This document shows positions 51,110 through 61,925 of a DNA stretch of 64,000 nucleotides, one piece after another. Within the stretch, counting starts at the first letter, position 1, and every line of letters starts with the position of its first letter. Source of the stretch: Heteronotia binoei (lineage: Eukaryota); the NCBI RefSeq assembly GCF_032191835.1, contig NC_083237.1:25048001-25112000 (forward strand), in the 5' to 3' direction. The notes under the pieces were generated by a model, which had not been told where the DNA came from, searched no databases, and worked only from the letters and a program-made list of their open reading frames with translations. Both the position numbers and the translations under genes were made by a program.

Positions 51110-54100
51110 ATCTACACGGATCTTCATGAATTCATATGATTTTTACACTGAAATGAAATCAAACCACTTTAATCCTATAGATCCTGTCTTAGACTATAGG
51201 CAGGACCACAAAAATCATGCCTCCACGAATTCGTGGCGCCTCAGCAATGCAAAAACTGGCTTCCAAAGCACGGATCCTCATGAATTCATATGATTTTTAT
51301 GGAGAAATGAAATCAAACCACCATTATGTTGTAGATCCTGTCTTAGACTATAGGCAGCACCAGAAAAATCATGCCTCCACGAATTTGTGGCGCCATAGCA
51401 CTGAAAAAACATGTTTCCAAACCACGGATCCTCATGGATCCTCATGATTTTTGCTTTGGGCCACCCCAAGATAACCAGCCAATCACATATCATGTCCATG
51501 GGCAGATGTTGCACCACAGAAATCGTGGATCCACGTGTTCGTGGCAGCGCCAGGGACCAAAAACTTGCTTTTGGACCACGGATCCTCATGAATCCACATG
51601 ATTTTTGCCTTGGATCCCCCCAAGCCATCCATCCAGTCATATATCATGTCCATGGGCACAGTTTACACCACAGAAATCATGGATCCACGGCTTCGTGGCA
51701 GCGCCGGGGACCAAAAACTTGCTTTTGGACCACGGATCCTCATGGATCCACATGATTTTTGCCTTGGATCCCCCCAAGCCATCCATCCAGTCATATATTA
51801 TGTCCATGGGCACAGCTTACACCACAGAAATCATGGATCCACGGCTTCGTGGCAGCACCAGGGACCAGAACTTACTTTTGGACCACGGATCCTCATGGAT
51901 CCACATGATTTTTGCCTTGGATCCCCCCAAGCCGTCCATCCAGTCATATATCATGTCCATGGGCACAGTTTACACCACAGAAATCATGGATCCACGGCTT
52001 CGTGGCAGCGCCAGGGACCAAAAACTTGCTTTTGGACCACAGATCCTCTTGGATCCACATGATTTTTTACTTGGATCCCCCCAAGCCATCCATCCAGTCA
52101 TATATATGTCCATGGGCACAGTTTACACCACAGAAATCATGGATCCACGGCTTCGTGGCAGCGCCAGGGACCAAAAACTTGCTTTTGGACCACGGATCCT
52201 CATGGATCCACATGATTTTTGCCTTGGATCTCCCCCAAGCCGTCCATCCAGTCATATATTATGTCCATGGGCACAGCTTACACCACAGAAATCATGGATC
52301 CACGGCTTCGTGGCAGCGCCAGGGACCAAAAACTTGCTTTTGGACCACGGATCCTCATGGATCCACATGATTTTTGCCTTGGATCCCCCCAAGCCATCCA
52401 TCCAGTCATATATCATGTCCATGGGCACAGTTTACACCACAGAAATCATGGATCCACGGCTTCGTGGCAGCGCCAGGGACCAAAAACGTGCTTTTGGACC
52501 ACGGATCCTCATGGATCCACATGATTTTTGCCTTGGATCCCCCCAAGCCGTCCATCCAGTCATATATCATGTCCATGGGCACAGCTTACACCACAGAAAT
52601 CATGGATCCACGGCTTCGTGGCAGCGCCAGGGACCAAAAACTTGCTTTTGGACCACGGATCCTCATGGATCCACATGATTTTTGCCTTGGATCCCCCCAA
52701 GCCATCCATCAAGTCATATATCATGTCCATGGGCACAGTTTACACCACAAAAATCATGGATCCACGGCTTCGTGGCAGCGCCAGGGACCAAAAACGTGCT
52801 TTTCGACCACGGATCCTCATGGATCCACATGATTTTTGCCTTGGATCCCCCCAAGCCGTCCATCCAGTCATATATCATGTCCATGGGCACAGTTTACACC
52901 ACAGAAATCATGGATCCACGGCTTCATGGCAGCGCCAGGGACCAAAAACTTGCTTTTGGACCACGGATCCTCATGGATCCACATGATTTTTGCCTTGGAT
53001 CCCCCCAAGCCGTCCATCCAGTCATATATTATGTCCATGGGCACAGCTTACACCACAGAAATCATGGATCCACGGCTTCGTGGCAGCGCCAGGGACCAAA
53101 AACTTGCTTTTGGACCATGGATCCTCATGGATCCACATGATTTTTGCCTTGGATCCCCCCAAGCCATCCATCCAGTCATATATCATGTCCATGGGCACAG
53201 TTTACACCACAGAAATCATGGATCCACGGCTTCGTGGCAGCGCCAGGGACCAAAAACGTGCTTTTGGACCACGGATCCTCATGGATCCACATGATTTTTG
53301 CCTTGGATCCCCCCAAGCCATCCATCCAGTCATATATCATGTCCATGGGCACAGCTTACACCACAGAAATCATGGATCCACGGCTTCGTGGCAGTGCCAG
53401 GGACCAAAAACTTGCTTTTGGACCACGGATCCTCATGGATCCACATGATTTTTGCCTTGGATCCCCCCAAGCCATCCATCAAGTCATATATCATGTCCAT
53501 GGGCACAGTTTACACCACAGAAATCATGGATCCACGGCTTCGTGGCAGCTCCAGAAATCAAAAACTTGGTTATAAACCACGGATCCTCATGGATCCACGT
53601 GATTTCTGCTTCGGACCCCCCAAGCCCTCCACCCAGTCACATATCATGTCCATGGGCAGAGCTCTCACCACAGAAATCATGGATCCACGGCTTCGTGGCA
53701 GCGCTAGGGCCCAAAAACTTGCTTTTGGACCACGGATCCTCATGGATCCACATGATTTCTGCTTTGGATCCCCCAAGCCCTCAAACCAATCACATACCAT
53801 GTCCATGAGCAGAGTCTGCACCACAGAAATCGTGGATCCATGGCTTCGTGGCAGCGCCAGGGACCAAAAACTTGCTTTTGGACCACGGATCCTCATGGAT
53901 CCACGTGATTTTTGCTTCGAATCCCTCCAAGCCCTCCATCCAGTCACATATGATGTCCATGGGCACAGTTTACACCACAGAAATCATGGATCCATGGTTT
54001 CGTGGCTGCGCCAGGGACCAAAAACTTGGTTTTGGACCACGGATCCTCATGGTTCCATGTGATTTCTGCTTCGGATCCCCCCAAACCCTCCATCCAGGCA

Positions 54101-54720
54101 CTTATCATGTCCATAGGCAGTGTTTGCACCACAGAAAATGTGGATCCACAGCTTCGTGGCAGCGCCAGGGACCAAATACTTGCTTTTGGACCACGGATCC
54201 TCATGGATCCACGTGATTTCTGCTTCGGAACCCCCAAGCCCTCCATGCAATCACATATCATGTCCATGGGCAGAGTTTCCACCACAGAAATCATGGATCC
54301 ACAGTTTCGTGGCAGCGCCAGAAATCAAAAACTTGGTTATGAACCACCGATCCTCATGGATCCACTTGATTTTTGCCTTGGATCCCCCCAAGCCCTCCAT
54401 ACAGTCATATATCATGTCCATGGGCAGAGTTTTCACCACAGAATTGGTCGATCCACGGCTTCGTGGCAGCGCCAGGGACCAAAACTTGCTTTTGGACCAT
54501 AGATCCTCATGGATCCACATGATTTTTGCGTTGGATTCCACCATGATTTTTGGCAGACCTTGCACCACAGGAATGACAGGTCCATGGCTTTGTGCCGGTA
54601 CCAAGGAGCCAAAATATGGTTTTGAAGTGCGGATCCTTCTTGATCTTAAAGTTATTTGCGTTGGATCAAGGAAAACTCGACATTATACCACATGTAACAT
54701 CCATGGTCATAGCTTGCTGA
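51110..54720 (+). repeat. Left arm: tandem array of 154-bp units (~22 copies plus degenerate inner copies)
   Basis: Equivalent ORF starts recur every 154 nt (52374, 52528, 52682, 52836, 52990, 53144, 53298, 53452); each unit has up to four GGATCC motifs. Confidence 0.95.
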
Positions 54721-55282
54721 ACAACTATCACACATTCACAATTTTATTGTTCACCACACTCATTATCCATCCAGATGTCACGTCTATGTCCAGCGTTTGC
54801 AAAATACAAATTGGATTTCGAGTACCTTGTATGATGTCACAGTGTGGTTACATACTTTGAAACACTTAATCTTCATGAGTTCTGTGACTTTTCATTTTTG
54901 AATAGTTGGGCTCATCATGCATGGTCCCCCTGAGGTTTCTTTCACATCGCACAGCACGTCCATGACCACAGAATAACCCACGAAAACCTCAGAACACTGC
55001 CAAGATGCCAAACACTGCTTCAGCTACTTTGAGGCTTGTGCATTACGACATCACACCAATGTCTACAGGATGACCAAACAAAAAAAATCTGTAATGTCTC
55101 TACCTTATCAAGGACACCACAGTAACATGAGAAATCATATCATATCCATACCTTTCACTGTAAATAACTGCATTCTGAACTTTCTGATGCCACTGAGTTG
55201 CAAACTATCCAAGGCAGATATTGTAATGGTCTTATCTTTGACTTCAAAACATCTTGCTCACTAGATAGAGGCCACCAAATTA

Positions 55283-55590
55283 GAATAATGGAATCATAGA
55301 GTTGGAAGGGACCTCCAGGGTCATCTAGTCCAACCAACCCCCTGCACAATGCAGGAAACTCACAAACATCTCCCCCTAAACTCACAGGATCTTCATTGCT
55401 GTCAGATGGCCATCTAGCCTCTGTTTAAACACGTCCAAGGAAGGAGAGCCCACCACGTCCCGAGGAGGAAGCCTGTTCAACTGAGAAATTGCTAACGATC
55501 AGGAAATTCTTCCTGATGTTGAGCGGAAACCACTTTTGATCTCAACCGCTTCTGGTCCTACCTTCCAGGGCCACAGGAAACAATTCCACA
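55283..55590 (-). mobile_element. CR1 LINE 3' end (minus strand)
   Basis: AGAATCATAGAGTTGGAAGGGACCTCCAGGGTCATCTAGTCC is the reverse complement of a CR1 terminus. Confidence 0.85.
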
Positions 55591-55639
55591 CAAGGCAAAC
55601 ACAATTTATCACCAAAAACCAAGTGTCCACATCATGTTC

Positions 55640-56192
55640 AGTGATTGTGTCACTTTACTCTGCTGTGGTTAGGACCCTACCAGACTACTGCATTCATTTT
55701 GGGGCACCACAGGTTAATAACGAAATATGTCCAGAGGAGGGCAATGGAGATGATGAGGGACATGGAGACCAAGTCCTATGAGGAAAGATTGAAGGAGCTC
55801 GGTCTGTTTAGCTTGGAGAGGAGACAACTGAGGGGTGATATGATCACCATCTTCAAGTACTTCAAGGGCTGTCATATAGCGGATGGTGTGGAATTGTTTT
55901 CTGTGGCCCCAGAAGGTGGGACCAGAACCAATGGGTTGAAATTAAATGAAAAGAGTTTCCAGCTCAACATGAGGAAGAACTTCCTGACCGTTAGAGCGGT
56001 CCTCAGTGGAACAGGCTTCCTCAGGTGGTGGTGGGCTCTGCTTCCCTGGAGGTTTTTCAACAGAGGCTAGATGGGCATCTGACAGCAATGAAGATCCTGT
56101 GAATGTTGGGGAAGGTGTTTGTGAGTTTCCTGCATTGTGCAGGGAGTTGGACTAGATGACCCTGGAGGTCCCTTCCAACTCTATGATTCTAT
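55640..56192 (+). mobile_element. CR1 LINE 3' end (plus strand), degenerate ORF2
   Basis: YEERLKELGLFSLERRQLRGDMITIFKYFKG...RKNFLTVRAV; tail GATGACCCTGGAGGTCCCTTCCAACTCTATGATTCTAT. Confidence 0.9.
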
Positions 56193-56217
56193 ACAATTCT
56201 ATTATTTTAGTGTAGAA

Positions 56218-56352
56218 CAGGGGTGGCCAACAGTAGCTCTCCAGAAGTTTTTTGCCTACAACTCCCATCAGCCCAGCAAGCATGGCTGATGGCTGGGGCT
56301 GATGGGAGTTGTAGGCAAAAAACTTCTGGAGAGCTATCGTTGGCCACCCCTG
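56218..56352. mobile_element. 135-bp palindromic hAT MITE
   Basis: CAGGGGTGGCCAAC ... GTTGGCCACCCCTG, almost wholly self-complementary, with a perfect 8-bp TSD GTGTAGAA (56210-56217, 56353-56360). Confidence 0.92.
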
Positions 56353-56439
56353 GTGTAGAATGTCAATTTGGGGACACTGCTAAACCAGGAATAAAGGTCT
56401 ACTGTGAAATTGTTTTCCAAGACTCCTATCTTTTCATAA

Positions 56440-59400
56440 GAGGACCCATGAGGATCCGTGCCTCAAAATCATGTTCTGGATCCATGGTGCTGCCACGAAG
56501 CCATGGATCCATTATATCTGTGGAGCAAGCTCTTTCCATGGACACAACATGAGATTGGATGGTGAGCTTGGGATGAGCCAATGCAGATATCATGAGGATC
56601 CATGAGGATATGTGCTTCAAAGCCATGTTTTCGCTCCATGATGTTGCCACAATGCCAAGGATCCATGATTTCCAGGGTGTAAACTCATGAGGATCCATGG
56701 TGCAAAACCAAGTTCTTCTTCCATGGTGCTGCCACGAAACCGTGGATCCATGATTTTTGTGGTGGAAGCTCCGCCCATAGACATGATATGCGATTGGATG
56801 GTGAGGTTGGGGGAATCCAAGGCAAAATTCATGAGGATTCATGAGGATCCGTGCTCCAATACCAAGTTTTTGGTCTCTGGCACTGCCACGAAGCTGTGTA
56901 TCTATGATTTCTGTGGTGCAAGCTTTACCCAAGGACATGATATGTGATTGGATAGTGAGCTTGGGGTGGCTCAAAGTAAAAATCATGAGGATTCATGAGG
57001 ATCTGTGTTCCAAAAGCAAGTTTTTGGTCCCTGGCGCTGCCATGAAGTTGTGAATCCACAATTTCTGTGCTGCAAACTCTGTCCATGGGCATGATATGAG
57101 ACTGGATGGAGGGCTTGGGGGGCTCCAAAGCAAAAATCATGTGGATCCATGAGGATCCGTGGTCCAAAAGCAAGTATTTGGTCCCTGGCGCTGCCACAAA
57201 GCTGTGGATCTATGATTTCTGTGGTGCAAACACTGCCCATGGACATGATAAGTGGCTGGATGGAAGGTTTGGGGGGATCCGAAGCAGAAATCATGTGGAT
57301 CCATAAGGATCCGTGGTCCAAAATCAAGGTTTTGGTCCCTGGCGCTGTCACGAAGACGTGGATCCATGATTTCTGTGGTGCAGACTCTGCTCATGGACAT
57401 GATATGTGATTTGATTGAGGGCTTGGGGGATCCGAAGCAGAAATCATGTGGATCCATGAGGATCTGTGGTTCAAAACCAAGTTTTTGGTCCCTGGCGCTG
57501 TCTTGAAAACGTGGATCCATGATTTCTGTGGTGTAAACTGTGCCCATGGACATGATATGTGGCTCTATGGAGGGCTTGGGGGGATTTGAAGCAAAAATCA
57601 CGTGGATCCATGAGGATCCGTGGTCCAAAATCAAGTTTTGGTCCCTGGCGCTGCCACGAATTCGTGGATCCATGATTTCTGTGGTGCAGACTCTGCTCAT
57701 GGACATATGTGATTTGATTGAGGGCTTGGGGGATCCGAAGCAGAAATCATGTGGATCCACGAGGATCCGTGATTCAAAACCAAATTTTTGGTCCCTGGCG
57801 CTGTCTTGAAAACGTGGATCCATGATTTCTGTGGTGTAAATTGTGCCCATGGACATGATATGTGGCTCTATGGAGGGCTTGGGGGGATTCGAAGCAAAAA
57901 TCACGTGGATCCATGAGGATCCATGGTCCAAAAGCAAGTTTTTGGTCCCTGGCACTGCCACGAAGCCGTAGATCCACGATTTCTGTGGTGGAAACTGTGC
58001 CCATGGACATGCTATGTGACTGGATAGTGGGCTTGGGGGGATCCGAAGCAGAAATCACGTGGATCCATGAGGATCCGTGGTCCAAAAGCAGGTTTTTGGT
58101 CCTTGGCGCTGCCACGAAGCCGTGGACCAATGATTTCTGTGGTGCAGACTCTGCTCATGGACATGGTATGTGATTGGATGTAGGGCTTGGGAGGATCCGA
58201 AGCAGAAATCATGTGGATCCATGAGGATCCGTGGTTCAAAACCAAGTTTTTGATTTCTGGCGCTGCCACCAAACTGTGGATCCATGATTTCTGTGGTGTA
58301 AACTGTGCCCATAGACATGATATGTGGCTGTATGGAGGGCTTGGGGGGATCTGGAGCAAAAATCACGTAGATCCATGAGAATCCGTGGTCCAAAAGCAAG
58401 TTTTTTGTCCCTGGCACTGCCACGAAGTCGTGGATCCACGATTTCTGTGGTTCAACATCTGCCCATGGACATGATATGTGGCCGTATGGAGGGCTTGGGG
58501 GGTTCCGAAGCAGGAATCACGTGGATCCATGAGGATCCGTGGTTTATAACCAAGTTTTTGATTTCTGGTGCTGCCACGAAACCGTGGATCCATGATTTCT
58601 GTGGTGGAAACTCTGCCCATGGACATGATATGTGATTGGATGTAGGGCTTGGGTGGAACCGTAGCAAAAATCACATGGATCCATGAGGATCCGCGGTTGA
58701 TAACCAATTTTTGATTTCTGGCACTGCCATGAAACCGTGGATCCATGATTTCTGTGGTGGAAACTCTGCCCATGGACATACTATGTGACTGGATGTAGGA
58801 CTTGGGGAGATCCGAAGCTAAAATGATGTGGATCCATGAGATTCCGTGGTCCAAAAGCAAGTTTTTGGTCCCTGGCGCTGCCACAAAGCCGTGGATCCAC
58901 GATTTCTGTGGTGGAAACTCTGCCCATGGACATGATATGTGACTGTATGGAGGGCTTGGGGGATCCAAGGCAAAAATCATGTGGATCCATGAGGATCCGT
59001 GGTTCAAAATCAGGTTTTTGGTCCCTGGATCTGCCACGAAGCCGTGGATCCACGATTTCTGTGGTGCAAATTCTGCCCATGGACATGATATGTGACTGGA
59101 TGTAGGACTTGGGGAGATCCGAAGCTAAAATGATGTGGATCCGTGAGCATCCGTGGTCCAAAAGCAAGTTTCTGGTCCCTTGCGCTGCCACGAAGCTGTG
59201 GATCCACGATTTCTGTGGTGGAAACTCTGCCCATGGACATGATATGTGACTGTATGGAGAGCTTGGGGGATCCAAGGCAAAAATCACGTGGATCCATGAG
59301 GATCCGTGGTTCAAAATCAAGTTTTTGGTCCCTGGATCTGCCACGAAGCTGTGGATCCACGATTTCTGTGGTGCAAACTCTGCCCATGGACATGATATGT

Positions 59401-61925
59401 GATTGAATGTAGGGCTTGGGGGGATCCGAAGCAGAAATCATGTGGATCCATGAGGATCCGTGGTCCAAAAGCAAGTTTTTGGTCCCTGATGCTGCCACGA
59501 AGCTGTGGATCCACAATTTCTGTGGTGGAAATTCTTCCCATGGACATGATATGTGACTGGATGGAAGGCTTGGGGGGATCCACAGCAAAAATCACATGGA
59601 TCCATGAGGATCCGTGATCCAAAAACAAGTTTTTAGTCCCTGGCGCTGCCACGAAGCCGTGGAGCCACGATTTCTGTGGTTCAACATCTGCCCATAGACA
59701 TGATATGTGATTAGCTGGTTATCTTATGGTGGCCCAAAGTAAAAATCACATGGATCCATGAGGATCCATGGTCCAAAAGCAAGTTTTTGGTCCCTGGCGC
59801 TGCCACGAAGCCGTGGATCCATGATTTCTGTGGTGCAGACTCTGCCCATGGACATGATATGTGATTGGATTGATGGCTTGAGGGGATCCGAAGCAAAAAT
59901 CACATGGATTCATGAGGATCCATGATCCAAAAGCAAGTTTTTGGTCCCTGGAGCTGCCACGAAGCCATGAATCCACGATTTCTGTGGTGCAAACTCTGCC
60001 CATGGACATAATATATCACTGGATGGTGGGCTTGGGGGAATCCAAAGCAGAAATCATGTGGATCCATGAGGATCCGTGGTCCAAAAGCAAGTTTTTGGTC
60101 CCTGGCGCTGCCACGAAGCCATGAATCCACGATTTCTGTGGTGCAAACTCTGCCCATGGACATGATATGTGACTGGATGGAGGGCTTGGGGGGATCCAAA
60201 GCAAAAAATCATGTGGATCCATGGGGATCCGTGGTCCAAAAGCAAGTTTTTGGTCCCTGGTGCTGCCACGAAGCTGTGGATCCATGATTTCTGTGGTGCA
60301 GACTCTGCCCATGGACATGATATGTGATTGAATTGAAGGCTTGGGGGGATCCGAAGCAAAAATCACATGGATCCATGAGGATCCGTAGTCCAAAATCAAG
60401 TTTTTGGTCCCTGGCGCTGCCACGAAGCCGTGGATCCACGATTTCTGTGGTACAGACTCTGGCCATAGACATGATATGTGACGGTACGGAGGGCTTGGGG
60501 GGATCCGAAGCAGAAATCAGGTGGATCCATGAGGATCCGTGGTCCAAAATCAAGTTTTTGGTCACTGGCGCTGCCACGAAGCCGTGGATCCATGATTTCT
60601 GTGGTGCAGACTCTGCCCATGGACATGATATGTGATTGAATTGAAGGCTTGGGGGGATCTGAAGCAGAAATCACGTGGATCCATGAGGATCCGTGGTCCA
60701 AAACCAAGTTTTTGGTCCCTGGCGCTGCCATGAAGCCGTGGATCCATGATTTCTGTGGTGTAAACTGTGCCCATGGACATGATAAGTGACTGGATGGAGG
60801 GCTTGGGGCGATTCGAAGCAAAAATCACGTGGATCCATGAGGATCCATGGTCCAGAAGCAAATTTTTGGTCCCTGGCACTACCACGAAGTTGTGGATCCA
60901 TGTTTTCTGTGGTGGAAACTGTGCCCATGGACATGCTATGTGACTGGATAGCAGGCTTAGGGGGATCCAAAGCAAAAATCATGTGGATCCATGAGGATCC
61001 GTGGACCAAAAGCAAGTTTTTGGTCCTTGGCGCTGCCACAAAGCTGTGGATCCATGATTTCTGTGGTGCAGACTCTGCCCATGGACATGGTATGTGATTG
61101 GATTGAGGGCTTGGGGGGATCCGAAGCAAAAATCACATGGATCTATGAGGATCCGTGGTCCAAAACCAAGTTTTTGGTCCCCGGCGCTGCCACGAAGCCG
61201 TGGATCCACGATTTCTGTGGTACAGACTCTTCTCATGGACATGATATGTGATTGGATGTAGGGCTTGGGGGGGATCCAAAGCAGAAATCATGTGGATTCA
61301 TGAGGATCCGTGGTTCAAAACCAAGTTTTTGATCCCTGGCGCTGCCACGAAACGGTGGATCCATGATTTCTGTGGTGTAAACTGTGCCCATGGACATGAT
61401 ATGTGACTGGATGGAGGGCTTGGGGGGATCCGAAGCAAAAATCACATGGATCCATGAGGATCCGTGGTCCAAAAGTAAGTTTTTGGTCCCTGGTGCTGCC
61501 ACGAAGCCGTGGATCCATGATTTCTGTGGTCCAACATCTGCCCATGGACATGATATGTGATTGGCTGGTTATCTTGTGGTGGCCCAAAGCAAAAATCATG
61601 AGGATCCATGGTTTGGAAACATGTTTTTTCAGTGCTGTGGCGCCACCAATTCGTGGAGGCATGATTTTTCTGGTGCTGCCTATAGTCTAAGAGAGGATCT
61701 ACAACATGATGGTGGTTTGATTTCATTTCACCATAAAAATCATATGAATTCATGAGGATCCGTGCTTTGGAAGCCAGTTTTTACACTGCTGAGGCGCCAC
61801 GAATTCGTGGAGGCATGATTTTTGTGGTCCTGCCTATAGTCTAAGACAGAATCTACAGGATTAAAGTGGTTTGATTTCATTTCAATGTAAAAATCATATG
61901 AATTCATGAAGATCCGTGTAGATCC
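56440..61925 (-). repeat. Right arm: inverted tandem array of the same 154-bp unit (~35 copies)
   Basis: Reverse complement of the left-arm unit (ATCATGTGGATCCATGAGGATCCGTGGTCCAAAAGCAAG...); more heterogeneous, most degenerate at 56440-56900. Confidence 0.95.

Noticed and set aside
51110-61925. CRISPR-like regular repeat array
   Set aside because: Eukaryotic locus; units are whole tandem copies without unique spacers, and there are no cas genes.
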